Shown: positions 50,622 through 59,240 of the stretch, piece by piece
Layout of the letters: every line of letters begins with the position of its first letter
Numbering within the stretch: position 1 is the first letter of the stretch
Assembly (NCBI GenBank): GCA_003141835.1
Contig: PLNR01000005.1
Location: 126,289 to 190,288 of the forward strand
DNA length: 64,000 bases
Reading direction: 5' to 3'
From: Candidatus Omnitrophota bacterium
Lineage (GTDB): Bacteria > Omnitrophota > Gorgyraeia > Pluralincolimonadales > Pluralincolimonadaceae
The notes under the pieces: model-generated
Seen by the model: only the letters and a program-made list of their open reading frames with translations
What the model was told of the DNA's origin: nothing
The model's database searches: none
Made by a program: the position numbers and the translations under genes

Positions 50622-50882
50622 ATGAAGGACTGGGATTACAGAGTTATAAAAAAGTATGATGCCAAATTAGGAGATGAGTCCCATCAGATTCACGAGGTTT
50701 ATTACCGAGAGGATGGAACCATAGATGCTTGGACGGAGTCGCCAGTGCAGCCTTATGGGGATACGCCAGAAGAGTTGCGGGAGGATATTAGGTTTTTTCT
50801 TCAGGCATTCCATCATCCAGTTTTAAAGTTACAATCAGTCGATGGTAGACAAAATCTCATTGAAGATGCCGATGTGCTATAA
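50622..50882 (+). CDS. small HicB-like (UPF0150 fold) protein
   Basis: VYYREDGTIDAWTESPVQPYGDTPEELREDIRFFLQAF resembles the HicB N-terminal core (EDGGY..P..PG..GDT.EEA). No HicA partner was found. Confidence 0.35.
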   Translation: MKDWDYRVIKKYDAKLGDESHQIHEVYYREDGTIDAWTESPVQPYGDTPEELREDIRFFLQAFHHPVLKLQSVDGRQNLIEDADVL

Positions 50883-50905
50883 TAATATCTTCTTTAAACT
50901 AAGAA

Positions 50906-51379
50906 ATGAACAAAGAATCAAAAGGTAATGCCGGAATGTCGCTGCTTAAGATAGTCCAAGTAATTTGGACTATACAATTGATCCTCGTTTCCTCCATAGT
51001 AATATTACATCCGCTTTTTTCCATAGTTAAGATCATAGTCCCTTTGTTCGCTTTATCGTTCGTATATTCGACCCTAGGCATAATCTCAAATCGCAAGCGT
51101 GCCTGGATAGCATCAATATTTTTACTGACCCTGTATTGGTTAATAATGGGTTGGCAGGCAATAGTAAGTTTCTTCTTAAATAATTATCTTTTCTTCACTA
51201 ATCATCCGCTTTATATAGATTCACCGGCTACGATCCTGGTTGTATACGCGGGCGCAATATTTGGCATACTGCCGGCGGGGATATTGACATTACTTTATAT
51301 CTTCAATTACAGGCAGATCAGGACTAATTGGGGTCAGCCGTTGAGTTCAAATGTTTTATTCGAGAAGGGGGTCTCATGA
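50906..51379 (+). CDS. 4-TM integral membrane protein of unknown function
   Basis: Four hydrophobic helices; lies 23 bp downstream of the HicB-like ORF with no attC between them. The C-terminal 8 aa are a translation of an attC relic. Confidence 0.55.
   Translation: MNKESKGNAGMSLLKIVQVIWTIQLILVSSIVILHPLFSIVKIIVPLFALSFVYSTLGIISNRKRAWIASIFLLTLYWLIMGWQAIVSFFLNNYLFFTNHPLYIDSPATILVVYAGAIFGILPAGILTLLYIFNYRQIRTNWGQPLSSNVLFEKGVS
51335..51359 (+). repeat. attC half-site relic (conserved R'/L' arm only)
   Basis: CAGCCGTTGAGTTCAAATGTTTTAT differs at 2 positions from the family arm GCCGCTGAGTTCAAACGTT; no complementary left arm was found. Confidence 0.4.
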
Positions 51380-51978
51380 AATTCAAACATATCGTTACGA
51401 TTCTTGTTCTTGTCATGGTATCCAGCATCGCCTTGGCGGATCAAGAGGGTCCTAATGAACTGTATGTCACGGGAAACGGCCCATTTTATTTAAAGTGTAT
51501 TCCCGCCGAGGCACTTAGAGATCGGGAGAAGGGTAAGACGATGGTATATCTTGCGGGAAAAGAAAGCGATACCCTCATCCATACCTTCGACTGGTATTCA
51601 CCGAGAGCATTCATTACCGGATGGGGAGGCGGCACGTCGGTTATTCGATTGGGACCCTGGCCCCGCGGATCCAAAGCGTCGGCAAGTGATCTCGGAATCG
51701 CCTTTTATCGAGATGAAAAGTTGGTGGCAAGATACTCGACATTGGATCTTGCGGGTAACGAGGGGAATGTCTCCGTATCCGTTTCCCACTACGGGGTGAT
51801 CAAGGATGTTATCGGGATTGTGAGAGTGTACGAGAAGAAGGGTGAAGATATTCTATCTGCCGATCCAGAATATGCATTCGAGATCGTACTGCATGATGGC
51901 AGAAGGCTTCTCTTTGATATCCATACAGGCAAGAGAGTGAAGCTAACAGACAACATGTTCACGATATTGGATAAATAA
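51376..51978 (+). CDS. secreted hypothetical protein (200 aa)
   Basis: Signal peptide MKFKHIVTILVLVMVSSIALA|DQ; no family motifs. Confidence 0.6.
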   Translation: MKFKHIVTILVLVMVSSIALADQEGPNELYVTGNGPFYLKCIPAEALRDREKGKTMVYLAGKESDTLIHTFDWYSPRAFITGWGGGTSVIRLGPWPRGSKASASDLGIAFYRDEKLVARYSTLDLAGNEGNVSVSVSHYGVIKDVIGIVRVYEKKGEDILSADPEYAFEIVLHDGRRLLFDIHTGKRVKLTDNMFTILDK

Positions 51979-52103
51979 ATTGGGGATAATTAAGGTGACA
52001 GCATACTTAATTCGGTTAAGGGCAGAGTGGGGTGGCACTAAGTGACGCGTCCCCATAAGATACGTTCTTTTTGGTGTCATAGTGGCAAAATAATAAATAA
52101 AAT

Positions 52104-52179
52104 ACCTAACATTTCACTCCAGCGGACTGCGCCAGCCATCCGTTATCAAGGGCTCGGCCGCTGAGTTCAAACGTTCGAT
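52104..52179 (+). repeat. attC site 5 (R'' ACCTAAC ... R' GTTCGAT)
   Basis: ACCTAAC-ATTTCAC-TCCAGCGGACTGCGCC...GCTCGGCCGCTGAG-TTCAAAC-GTTCGAT; same family as attC1 and attC3. Confidence 0.8.
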
Positions 52180-52181
52180 GT

Positions 52182-52688
52182 ATGAGGTATGAGATGGAAG
52201 AACTCGACGACAATGCGCAGCAACGACGCGAGACGTTTGCCCGCTACGGGCTCGCCATGTACCATGCGCAGTGCGTTGAAAAGAGCCTCGCAATCCTGGT
52301 TTCCAGTGTTTTTAATAAGGAGTTCCTACCGAGCAACCCCAATCGGCGCGAAGAGATTCAAGATGAGGTGTTTAGCAAGACCATTGGCAGATTGCTGACC
52401 CGAATGAGGAAGCAGATCGCTGTCCCGACGAAACTAGACAGGACGCTGGATGATGCCTGGCAGAAGCGGAACTGGCTCGCACACGAGTATTTCTGGGCTA
52501 GGGCGGGAGAGATTATGACCACGCGCGGCCGAGACAAGATGATTCGGGAGCTTACCGAGCTTTCGGACCTCTTCTCCAAAGTGGACGCCCATCTTGTGTC
52601 CATCTATGAGAAGTGGAACAAGAGGGCCGGGGTCCCGCAGACGGTGATTGAGCAGAATCTGAGGAAGCTGATCCAAGACAACGAGTGA
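52182..52688 (+). CDS. HEPN-domain protein (Rx4HxY motif), solo
   Basis: KRNWLAHEYF = R-x4-H-x-Y, the HepT/HEPN RNase signature. GC-rich codon usage unlike the neighbouring cassettes. The start may be the ATG at 52194. Confidence 0.55.
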   Translation: MRYEMEELDDNAQQRRETFARYGLAMYHAQCVEKSLAILVSSVFNKEFLPSNPNRREEIQDEVFSKTIGRLLTRMRKQIAVPTKLDRTLDDAWQKRNWLAHEYFWARAGEIMTTRGRDKMIRELTELSDLFSKVDAHLVSIYEKWNKRAGVPQTVIEQNLRKLIQDNE

Positions 52689-52691
52689 GGC

Positions 52692-52723
52692 GTCGAACCA
52701 GCGCCTGAACGGTACGGCGCTAG
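52692..52723 (+). repeat. stem-loop / truncated attC-like element
   Basis: GTCGAAC-CCAGCGCC-TGAACGGTAC-GGCGCTAG. GTCGAAC is 6/7 complementary to the TTCGAT that begins this cassette (at 52174), but no GTT core follows. Confidence 0.3.
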
Positions 52724-52724
52724 A

Positions 52725-53606
52725 ATGATTAATATGAAAGCAAGGAAGATTGGACTGGTATTTCTAATTTTGATGGCGGGTATCTCGGGTTTTACCTTTG
52801 CAAATGAACAACCTATAATTGGTAAACTTGGCAAGCCTGTCGGCACAGAACTGACAATCGAAGGGACATTTCAAGGCGGCAAGAACAGTTGGATTCTCGT
52901 AACCAAAGTAAATGAAAAGGAACTCTCTTCTCCCGTATTAATTGCTACATCTCTTGACACTTTTGAAGCTATTAAGACGGACGCTGGCTGTCGATTCAAG
53001 GGCATGGAAGTTACCTATGTCGTCAAGCCGGTCATAGACCCCACAACTGGTAAGCAAGGTCAACAAGCTGCACCCGGCAGGCATCTTGCTTTTAAGGTGA
53101 CCAAAGTCCTCGTCCCTAAAGGCGTCAAAATTAGAAAAGAAGAAGAAAGCAACAATCTGATTTCCTGGGGAGAGGGTAAAAACGGAATCTCCTGCGGGAT
53201 TTCCCTTAGTAAGCCCAGCTATGTATTAGGAGAGGACGTCGAGGTGTCTATATTCCTCAGGAATAACTGTAACCGGGAACTAAAATGCAATGTTCGGGGT
53301 ATCGGGTCATGGCGCAATATAGAGAATGGCGCTATGTGCATGGATCTTGTATTTAATGAGGTTGGCGACCGGCGGTACAATGGGACAGAATACACTGTTC
53401 CTAATGGAAAAGTTTGCATGATACTTGTCCAAAAGTTCCATACGCGCCCTTTAAATAATCCCATGAGCGACCTGCATTTCACTCCAGGCGAGAAAAGTAT
53501 CATTGTTCAATGTGATCCGCGGTTTGAAGGGAACGAGTTGTCTGGCATTTATTCGGGGATAGCTACTGTAGAAGTTGTCGAATTAGAAGCTGGGAATAGC
53601 CGCTGA
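52725..53606 (+). CDS. secreted hypothetical protein (293 aa)
   Basis: Signal peptide MKARKIGLVFLILMAGISGFTFA|NE; several Cys residues. The stop TGA lies inside the conserved attC arm. Confidence 0.6.
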   Translation: MINMKARKIGLVFLILMAGISGFTFANEQPIIGKLGKPVGTELTIEGTFQGGKNSWILVTKVNEKELSSPVLIATSLDTFEAIKTDAGCRFKGMEVTYVVKPVIDPTTGKQGQQAAPGRHLAFKVTKVLVPKGVKIRKEEESNNLISWGEGKNGISCGISLSKPSYVLGEDVEVSIFLRNNCNRELKCNVRGIGSWRNIENGAMCMDLVFNEVGDRRYNGTEYTVPNGKVCMILVQKFHTRPLNNPMSDLHFTPGEKSIIVQCDPRFEGNELSGIYSGIATVEVVELEAGNSR

Positions 53607-53621
53607 GTTTAAACGTTCAAT
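53598..53621 (+). repeat. attC half-site relic (AGCCGCTGAGTTTAAACGTTCAAT)
   Basis: Matches the family R'/L' arm with one substitution; the left arm was not identified. Confidence 0.45.
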
Positions 53622-53636
53622 ATAAAGGGAGTTAAT

Positions 53637-54260
53637 TTGAGGTCCGTCGTACTGATACTTGTGTTTGTTACCATTGTATCTTTCTTGGTATATCGGGCTT
53701 TGTGCCCACAGCCGTGTTCGGGAACGTGGTTTTGGGAGCGAATTCTAACCCCTTACTCATTCATCGTTGATGAGAACAAGACGCAGATCACTTTCGTCTG
53801 GGTTGGGACCGATACACGTGAGTTTTTTCGAGTGTCCCGCGCTGCCGTGACCGTCTCCGGCCCAGAGTCGATCAAGAACCACATCGAACGTCTAATCGGG
53901 TACATGGAAGGCGAGACCCAGCAATGGGGACGAGTTGTTGGCAAGTCGTATGAACGCGACCTGCAAATATTGACTTTGGTTGATATGGGAGCGAATCCTG
54001 TCGCATGGCGAGCATGGTGGACCCAGAACAGAAGATTGTTTGTTGGTTCTCCCAGTGCCTACGAGGAACTGCGGAAAGATCGCATTGCCAGGGATGTCGA
54101 ACAATACGGTATATCAGAAAGGGCCAAATCCGAGTTGCTTTGGGGCAAAGAATATCGCAGGGTGAGGATTCTGTGCTGGTCGAGCTTGGTAACGGCATTG
54201 ACCTGCTTCATCCTGGCGCTCCTCATAAGTGTGAAGCAGTTCATAAAGAGAAGGCGATAA
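53637..54260 (+). CDS. hypothetical protein with N- and C-terminal TM segments
   Basis: TTG start 8 nt after AAAGGGAG; hydrophobic N-terminus VVLILVFVTIVSFLV and C-terminus LVTALTCFILALLISV. Confidence 0.45.
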   Translation: MRSVVLILVFVTIVSFLVYRALCPQPCSGTWFWERILTPYSFIVDENKTQITFVWVGTDTREFFRVSRAAVTVSGPESIKNHIERLIGYMEGETQQWGRVVGKSYERDLQILTLVDMGANPVAWRAWWTQNRRLFVGSPSAYEELRKDRIARDVEQYGISERAKSELLWGKEYRRVRILCWSSLVTALTCFILALLISVKQFIKRRR

Positions 54261-54261
54261 T

Positions 54262-54786
54262 ATTAAGACAAAGATACTGTTTCTTATCGCTATAATTTGT
54301 TTTCTTCCTGCAGCCCACGTTCATGCAATTAATGAAGATGTTAAGCGTTTAATTGCTGAAGATGTTCTTTCCCGAATAGAACCCGATTTTTATTTTTTCA
54401 AAGAAAAAGCACAAAATGTTGAAAAGCTCTTTAAGGATTGTGATTTTCAAGAAGTTGATTTAAACGATGACGGAAAACCAGAAATTATTGTAAAAGAAAA
54501 TTGGCTCTCGGAAGGCAATGATGGATTTCCAAAAGGGCGTAGTTTTGTTCGCAGCTCTCAAGATCAAGGCTACTATTTCATATATTCAGTTTTGAATGCT
54601 AAGCCCAAATATATAGGTTGTATTGAAGGGGGCTCTTGGGAAGCTCTATCAGTAACAAGCAACGGTTTTAAAGATATTAAGACATATCATCGTATGGGTT
54701 ATGATGAGTGGATAGTCAGTGTGTACAAATATAATGGAGATAAATACAAGCTGGCGTCTCAAGTTACTGAAAAAGGAGAGGAATAA
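54262..54786 (+). CDS. AT-rich secreted small protein ORF lacking a canonical start codon (possible ATT start or pseudogene)
   Basis: Own translation of frame 1 from 54262 gives IKTKILFLIAIICFLPAAHVHA|INEDVKRLIAEDV...KYKLASQVTEKGEE with no stop; a signal-peptide-like N-terminus and an upstream AAGG. The ORF track only shows the TTG-initiated tail 54592..54786. Confidence 0.35.
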   Translation: MKTKILFLIAIICFLPAAHVHAINEDVKRLIAEDVLSRIEPDFYFFKEKAQNVEKLFKDCDFQEVDLNDDGKPEIIVKENWLSEGNDGFPKGRSFVRSSQDQGYYFIYSVLNAKPKYIGCIEGGSWEALSVTSNGFKDIKTYHRMGYDEWIVSVYKYNGDKYKLASQVTEKGEE

Positions 54787-54804
54787 TTACATTAAAGGAG
54801 CCGT

Positions 54805-55266
54805 ATGAAATACCTTAAATATCTCGCTATCGGCGCAGCAATAGTCTTGGCATGCGCCGCGGTATGCCATTTTACCGGGGCGAATAACGCCAGCATGCCG
54901 GCTGCCAGGCTCGTGCCGGGTGACATAACATGGAAGGCCGACCCCAAACTGCACGGGCTGGAGACCGCGGTCCTGGCAGGGGACCCAAGCATTGCGGCGC
55001 CATACACCCAGCGCATCAGGATACCCGCCAATACCATCCTGAAACCCCATTCGCACCCGAATAAGGGAAGGATGGTTACCGTACTGTCCGGGACTTTCTA
55101 TTTTGGCTACGGCGATAAGTTCGACGAGACGAAGCTCAAGAGGCTCCCTCCCGGGAGCTTCTTTACCGAGCCGAGCGGGATGCCGCACTATGCGGTGGCC
55201 AAAGAGGGGGATGTAGTCCTCCAGCTTAACGCTATCGGTCCTGACGGCATGGTATACGTAAAATAA
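54805..55266 (+). CDS. secreted cupin-fold protein
   Basis: Signal peptide plus two-His cupin-like motifs (HSHPNKG ... PSGMPHYAV); GC-rich. Confidence 0.55.
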   Translation: MKYLKYLAIGAAIVLACAAVCHFTGANNASMPAARLVPGDITWKADPKLHGLETAVLAGDPSIAAPYTQRIRIPANTILKPHSHPNKGRMVTVLSGTFYFGYGDKFDETKLKRLPPGSFFTEPSGMPHYAVAKEGDVVLQLNAIGPDGMVYVK

Positions 55267-55317
55267 TTGAAAGAAAATCCCGCCATTTTGCGTCTATAAC
55301 TATGTCCTATAATATTA

Positions 55318-55345
55318 TTGACATATCGGGATGATATGCTATAAT
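55318..55345 (+). promoter_or_regulatory. candidate sigma70 promoter of the ilv-leu operon (TTGACA-16-TATAAT)
   Basis: TTGACA at 55318-55323 and TATAAT at 55340-55345; about 45 nt upstream of the ilvD ATG, which has a GGAG RBS. Confidence 0.45.
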
Positions 55346-55388
55346 CTGTAATTCACGTATAACCCTAGGTAATCCAAGGAGATATATC

Positions 55389-57047
55389 ATGTTAAGAAGC
55401 GATAGGGTCAAGAAAGGCCTCGAGAAGGTCGGAAGTCGTTCGCTCATGTACGCCACAGGCATGACGAAGTCCGAGATGGAGCGGCCGTTCATCGGCATCG
55501 CGTCCAGTTTCACGGACCTTGTGCCGGGCCATATCCATTTGCGCGAGCTTGAGCGCTCGATCGAGCACGGGATCTACGCGGCCGGCGGCACCGCCTTTGT
55601 CTTCGGCATACCGGCCATCTGCGACGGCATAGCCATGGGCCATTTGGGCATGCATTGCTCGCTTCCTTTGAGGGAGCTCATCGCCGATTCGGTCGAGATG
55701 GTTACGACAGCCCACGCTTTGGACGGGCTCATATTGCTTACGAATTGCGACAAGATCACCCCTGGAATGATGATGGCGGCGTGCAGGATGAATATCCCGG
55801 CTATCGTCGTCACCGGCGGGCCGATGCTTTCGGGCCGTTCGGGGATGAAACGCCTCTCGCTCGTCAAGGATACGTTCGAGGCGGTCGGAAGGCACAGGGC
55901 AGGAGAGATCACCAGGGAAGAGCTTGAAGAGCTCGAGTGCAGCGCTTGCCCGGGCGCGGGCGCCTGCCAGGGCCTTTATACGGCGAATACGATGAGCTGC
56001 CTCTCCGAGGCGCTCGGTATCGCAATGCCGGGCGGGGCTACGGCCCTCGCGGCATCGGCTAAAAGAGAGAGAATAGCATATTTAAGCGGCGAGCGTATCG
56101 TCGAGCTCGTCAAGAAGGATATAACACCTAAAAAGATCCTGACCCCGAAAGCGATCGAGAACGCGCTGCGCGTCGATATGGCGCTCGGAGGGTCGACGAA
56201 TACCGTTTTGCACGTCACGGCAATCGCGCATGAGCTTGGCATAAAAATGCCGCTCGATATCTTCGATAAGATAAGCCGGGAGACGCCGCATATCTCGGAC
56301 ATACTGCCTTCGGGCAAATATTTCATGGAAGACCTCGAGTTCGCCGGCGGCATTCCTGCGGTCTTGAAGAGGCTTAAACCGGAATTGAGCAACCTCCCGA
56401 CGGTCAGCGGCAGGACGATCTACCAGATCGCCGACGCCGCGCGCATAGACGACGAGGAGGTCATCAGGCCGTTGAACAGGCCGTATCATAAAGAAGGAGG
56501 TATAGCCGTCCTGAAGGGCAACATTGCCCCGGACGGTGCCGTAGTCAAACAGAGCGCTGTCCAGGAGAAGATAAGGCATTTCATCGGAAAAGCGAAATGC
56601 TTTAATTCCGAGGAAGACGCGATGAAGGCTATCATGGCGAAGAAGATAACCGCAGGCGACTGCGTCGTCATCCGCTATGAAGGTCCCAAGGGCGGGCCGG
56701 GTATGAGGGAGATGTTATCCCCGACCGCGGCCATCGTCGGTATGGGATTAGCCGATAAAGTCGCTTTGATCACAGATGGAAGGTTCTCCGGCGGAACACA
56801 GGGGCCGTGCATCGGGCATATAGCGCCTGAGGCGGCCGAAGGCGGGCCTCTCGCCGCGATTAAAGACGGCGATACGATCGAGATCGACATCAACAAGAGA
56901 AAGCTCGAGTTGAAGGTCTCGAAGGCCGAATTGACTAAACGGATGAGATCAATCAAGGCGCATAAGCCGAAGATAACGACGGGCTACCTCGCGCGTTACG
57001 CGAAACTCGTCACATCTGCGAGCACCGGCGCCGTTATGAAAGGTTAA
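55389..57047 (+). CDS. ilvD: dihydroxy-acid dehydratase
   Basis: [16 protein letters not shown] and Fe-S ligand region CPGAGACQG. Confidence 0.9.
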   Translation: MLRSDRVKKGLEKVGSRSLMYATGMTKSEMERPFIGIASSFTDLVPGHIHLRELERSIEHGIYAAGGTAFVFGIPAICDGIAMGHLGMHCSLPLRELIADSVEMVTTAHALDGLILLTNCDKITPGMMMAACRMNIPAIVVTGGPMLSGRSGMKRLSLVKDTFEAVGRHRAGEITREELEELECSACPGAGACQGLYTANTMSCLSEALGIAMPGGATALAASAKRERIAYLSGERIVELVKKDITPKKILTPKAIENALRVDMALGGSTNTVLHVTAIAHELGIKMPLDIFDKISRETPHISDILPSGKYFMEDLEFAGGIPAVLKRLKPELSNLPTVSGRTIYQIADAARIDDEEVIRPLNRPYHKEGGIAVLKGNIAPDGAVVKQSAVQEKIRHFIGKAKCFNSEEDAMKAIMAKKITAGDCVVIRYEGPKGGPGMREMLSPTAAIVGMGLADKVALITDGRFSGGTQGPCIGHIAPEAAEGGPLAAIKDGDTIEIDINKRKLELKVSKAELTKRMRSIKAHKPKITTGYLARYAKLVTSASTGAVMKG

Positions 57048-57054
57048 TAATTAA

Positions 57055-58728
57055 ATGACGACTAAAATGAACGGGGCGAAGATATTGATCGAATCGCTCA
57101 AAAAAGAAGGGGTCGGGGCTGTCTTCGGATATCCCGGCGGGCAGGCATTGCCGCTCTTCGACGCCTTATACCATTCTGACTTGAAGTTTTACCTTGTCAG
57201 GCACGAGCAGGGCGCGGCGCACGCGGCCGACGGTTACGCGCGCGCGACCGGCAAACCCGGCGTCTGCATAGCGACGTCAGGCCCGGGCGCCACGAACCTC
57301 GTCACAGGAATAGCGACCGCGTACATGGACTCGATACCGATGGTCGCCATCACCGGGCAGGTCAAGACATTCATGATCGGCAATGATGCGTTCCAGGAGG
57401 CCGACATGATCGGCATCACGCGCCCGATAACCAAGCATAATTACCTCGTCAAGGACGTCAAAGACCTCGCGCGGACGGTCAGGGAAGCGTTCCATATCGC
57501 CTCGACCGGAAGGCCGGGGCCGGTCCTCATAGACCTGCCGTCCGATGTCCAGTTGGCCGAGACTGAGTTCCATTACCCAGAGAAGGTCAATATCCGCGGC
57601 TACAAGCCGACGTATTGCGGCCATCCCGGGCAGATTAAGAGGGCGGTCAAGATGATCGCGGATTCGAAGCGGCCCGTCATATACGCGGGCGGCGGGGTCA
57701 TCCTCTCAGGCGCTGCGAAGGAATTGAAGGAGTTCGCCGAGAAGATAAATTCCCCGGTCACGATGACCTTGCTCGGCCTGGGCTCGTTCCCGGGCAACCA
57801 TGAATTATCACTCGGCATGCTCGGCATGCACGGGACAGGATACGCGAACCACGCCGTCCAGAACTGCGACCTGCTTATAGCGATAGGCGCGCGGTTCGAC
57901 GACCGCGTCACAGGCAAGATAGACGAGTTCGCGCCGCACGCGAAGATAATCCATATCGACATCGACCCTTCGGCGATATCGAAGAGCGTTCCTGTCGATG
58001 TGCCGATAGTCGGCGACGTCAAGTGCGTCCTCGACGGATTTTTGAAGATAGTCCACAGGCCGCACGACAAGGAGTGGACCGAGAAGATCGTCGAATGGAA
58101 GCAGAAACATCCGCTCCATTACAAGATAGACGAGAAGCTCCGCCCGCAATATGTCATACAGCAGATCTGCGAGGCGACGAAGGGGGAGGCGATAATCGCT
58201 ACCGACGTCGGCCAGCACCAGATGTGGACGGCGCAGTGGTATAATTTCATGCGCCCCCGCGAGTTTCTGTCAAGCGGCGGGCTCGGGACGATGGGCTACG
58301 GTCTCCCTGCGGGAATAGGCGCGAAAGTCGGCAAGCCCGGCTCAGAGGTCTTCGTCATAAGCGGCGACGGCTCGATACAGATGAACATACAGGAACTCGC
58401 GACCGCCGTGGTCAACAAGATAGACGTCAAGATAGCGATACTCAACAACTCATGCCTCGGCATGGTCCGCCAGTGGCAGGAGCTTTTCTACGGGAAGAGG
58501 TATTCCCATACCAAGCTCGAGAACCCGGACTTTGTCAAGATAGCCGAGGCTTACGGCGCGGTCGGGATACGGATCATGAAGAAGGAAGATGTCCGTCCGG
58601 CGATTGAAAAGGCTATGCGCACGAAGAACACCGTCGTCATGGACTTTATGGTCGAGCCGGAGGAGAACGTCTACCCGATGGTCCCGGCAGGCAAGCGCCT
58701 CGATGACATGATAGGGAGCGTGGCATGA
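57055..58728 (+). CDS. ilvB: acetolactate synthase large subunit
   Basis: ThDP-binding motif [14 protein letters not shown] and N-terminal Pyr domain. Confidence 0.9.
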   Translation: MTTKMNGAKILIESLKKEGVGAVFGYPGGQALPLFDALYHSDLKFYLVRHEQGAAHAADGYARATGKPGVCIATSGPGATNLVTGIATAYMDSIPMVAITGQVKTFMIGNDAFQEADMIGITRPITKHNYLVKDVKDLARTVREAFHIASTGRPGPVLIDLPSDVQLAETEFHYPEKVNIRGYKPTYCGHPGQIKRAVKMIADSKRPVIYAGGGVILSGAAKELKEFAEKINSPVTMTLLGLGSFPGNHELSLGMLGMHGTGYANHAVQNCDLLIAIGARFDDRVTGKIDEFAPHAKIIHIDIDPSAISKSVPVDVPIVGDVKCVLDGFLKIVHRPHDKEWTEKIVEWKQKHPLHYKIDEKLRPQYVIQQICEATKGEAIIATDVGQHQMWTAQWYNFMRPREFLSSGGLGTMGYGLPAGIGAKVGKPGSEVFVISGDGSIQMNIQELATAVVNKIDVKIAILNNSCLGMVRQWQELFYGKRYSHTKLENPDFVKIAEAYGAVGIRIMKKEDVRPAIEKAMRTKNTVVMDFMVEPEENVYPMVPAGKRLDDMIGSVA

Positions 58729-59240
58729 AAAAAACTATATCGGTGCTTGTCGAGAACCACCCGGGAGTCCTCGCGCGAATATCCGGGCTCTTTTCGGCGC
58801 GCGGGTTCAACATAGATTCGCTCGCTGTCGGGGAGACCGAGGACCCGACAGTCTCGAGGATGACGATAGTCGCCGACGGCGACGAACGCACGCTCGAGCA
58901 GATAAAGAAGCAGCTTAACAAGTTGATAGACGTCATAACGGTCACCGACCTGACGGAGACGAAATTCATCGACCGCGAACTGACATTGATCAAGGTCGGA
59001 GTCACTTCGTCCAAGGACCGCGCGCAGATAATCGAGATCGCCGAGACTATGAGGGCGAATGTCGCGGACCTTGGCCTGCATACGATAACCTTGGAGGCGG
59101 TCGGCGAGACGTCGCGCATCGATAATTTGATCGAGCTTTTGAGGCAATTCGGCATCAAGGAGATAGTACGGACGGGAAAGATAGCGATGGAAATTGAAAC
59201 CAAAGAGAAACCAAAAACAATAAAGGAGGAAGAAGAGTAA
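58725..59240 (+). CDS. ilvN: acetolactate synthase small (regulatory) subunit
   Basis: ACT domain start [26 protein letters not shown]. Confidence 0.85.
   Translation: MKKTISVLVENHPGVLARISGLFSARGFNIDSLAVGETEDPTVSRMTIVADGDERTLEQIKKQLNKLIDVITVTDLTETKFIDRELTLIKVGVTSSKDRAQIIEIAETMRANVADLGLHTITLEAVGETSRIDNLIELLRQFGIKEIVRTGKIAMEIETKEKPKTIKEEEE

Larger units (their letters stand above)
45281..54790. mobile_element. chromosomal integron (intI, attI, Pc, cassette array); the distal boundary is uncertain (last recognisable attC relic at 53621, AT-rich ORFs to 54786)
   Basis: IntI gene divergent from a + strand array of mostly promoterless ORFs separated by attC-like imperfect palindromes ending in AAAC|GTT. 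Cassette composition is heterogeneous. Confidence 0.8.

Noticed and set aside
52692-52723. Hairpin after the HEPN gene considered as a Rho-independent terminator
   Set aside because: There is no U-tract after the stem (AATGATTAAT follows). Its first heptamer matches the expected R'' of this cassette, so a truncated attC is the more parsimonious reading.
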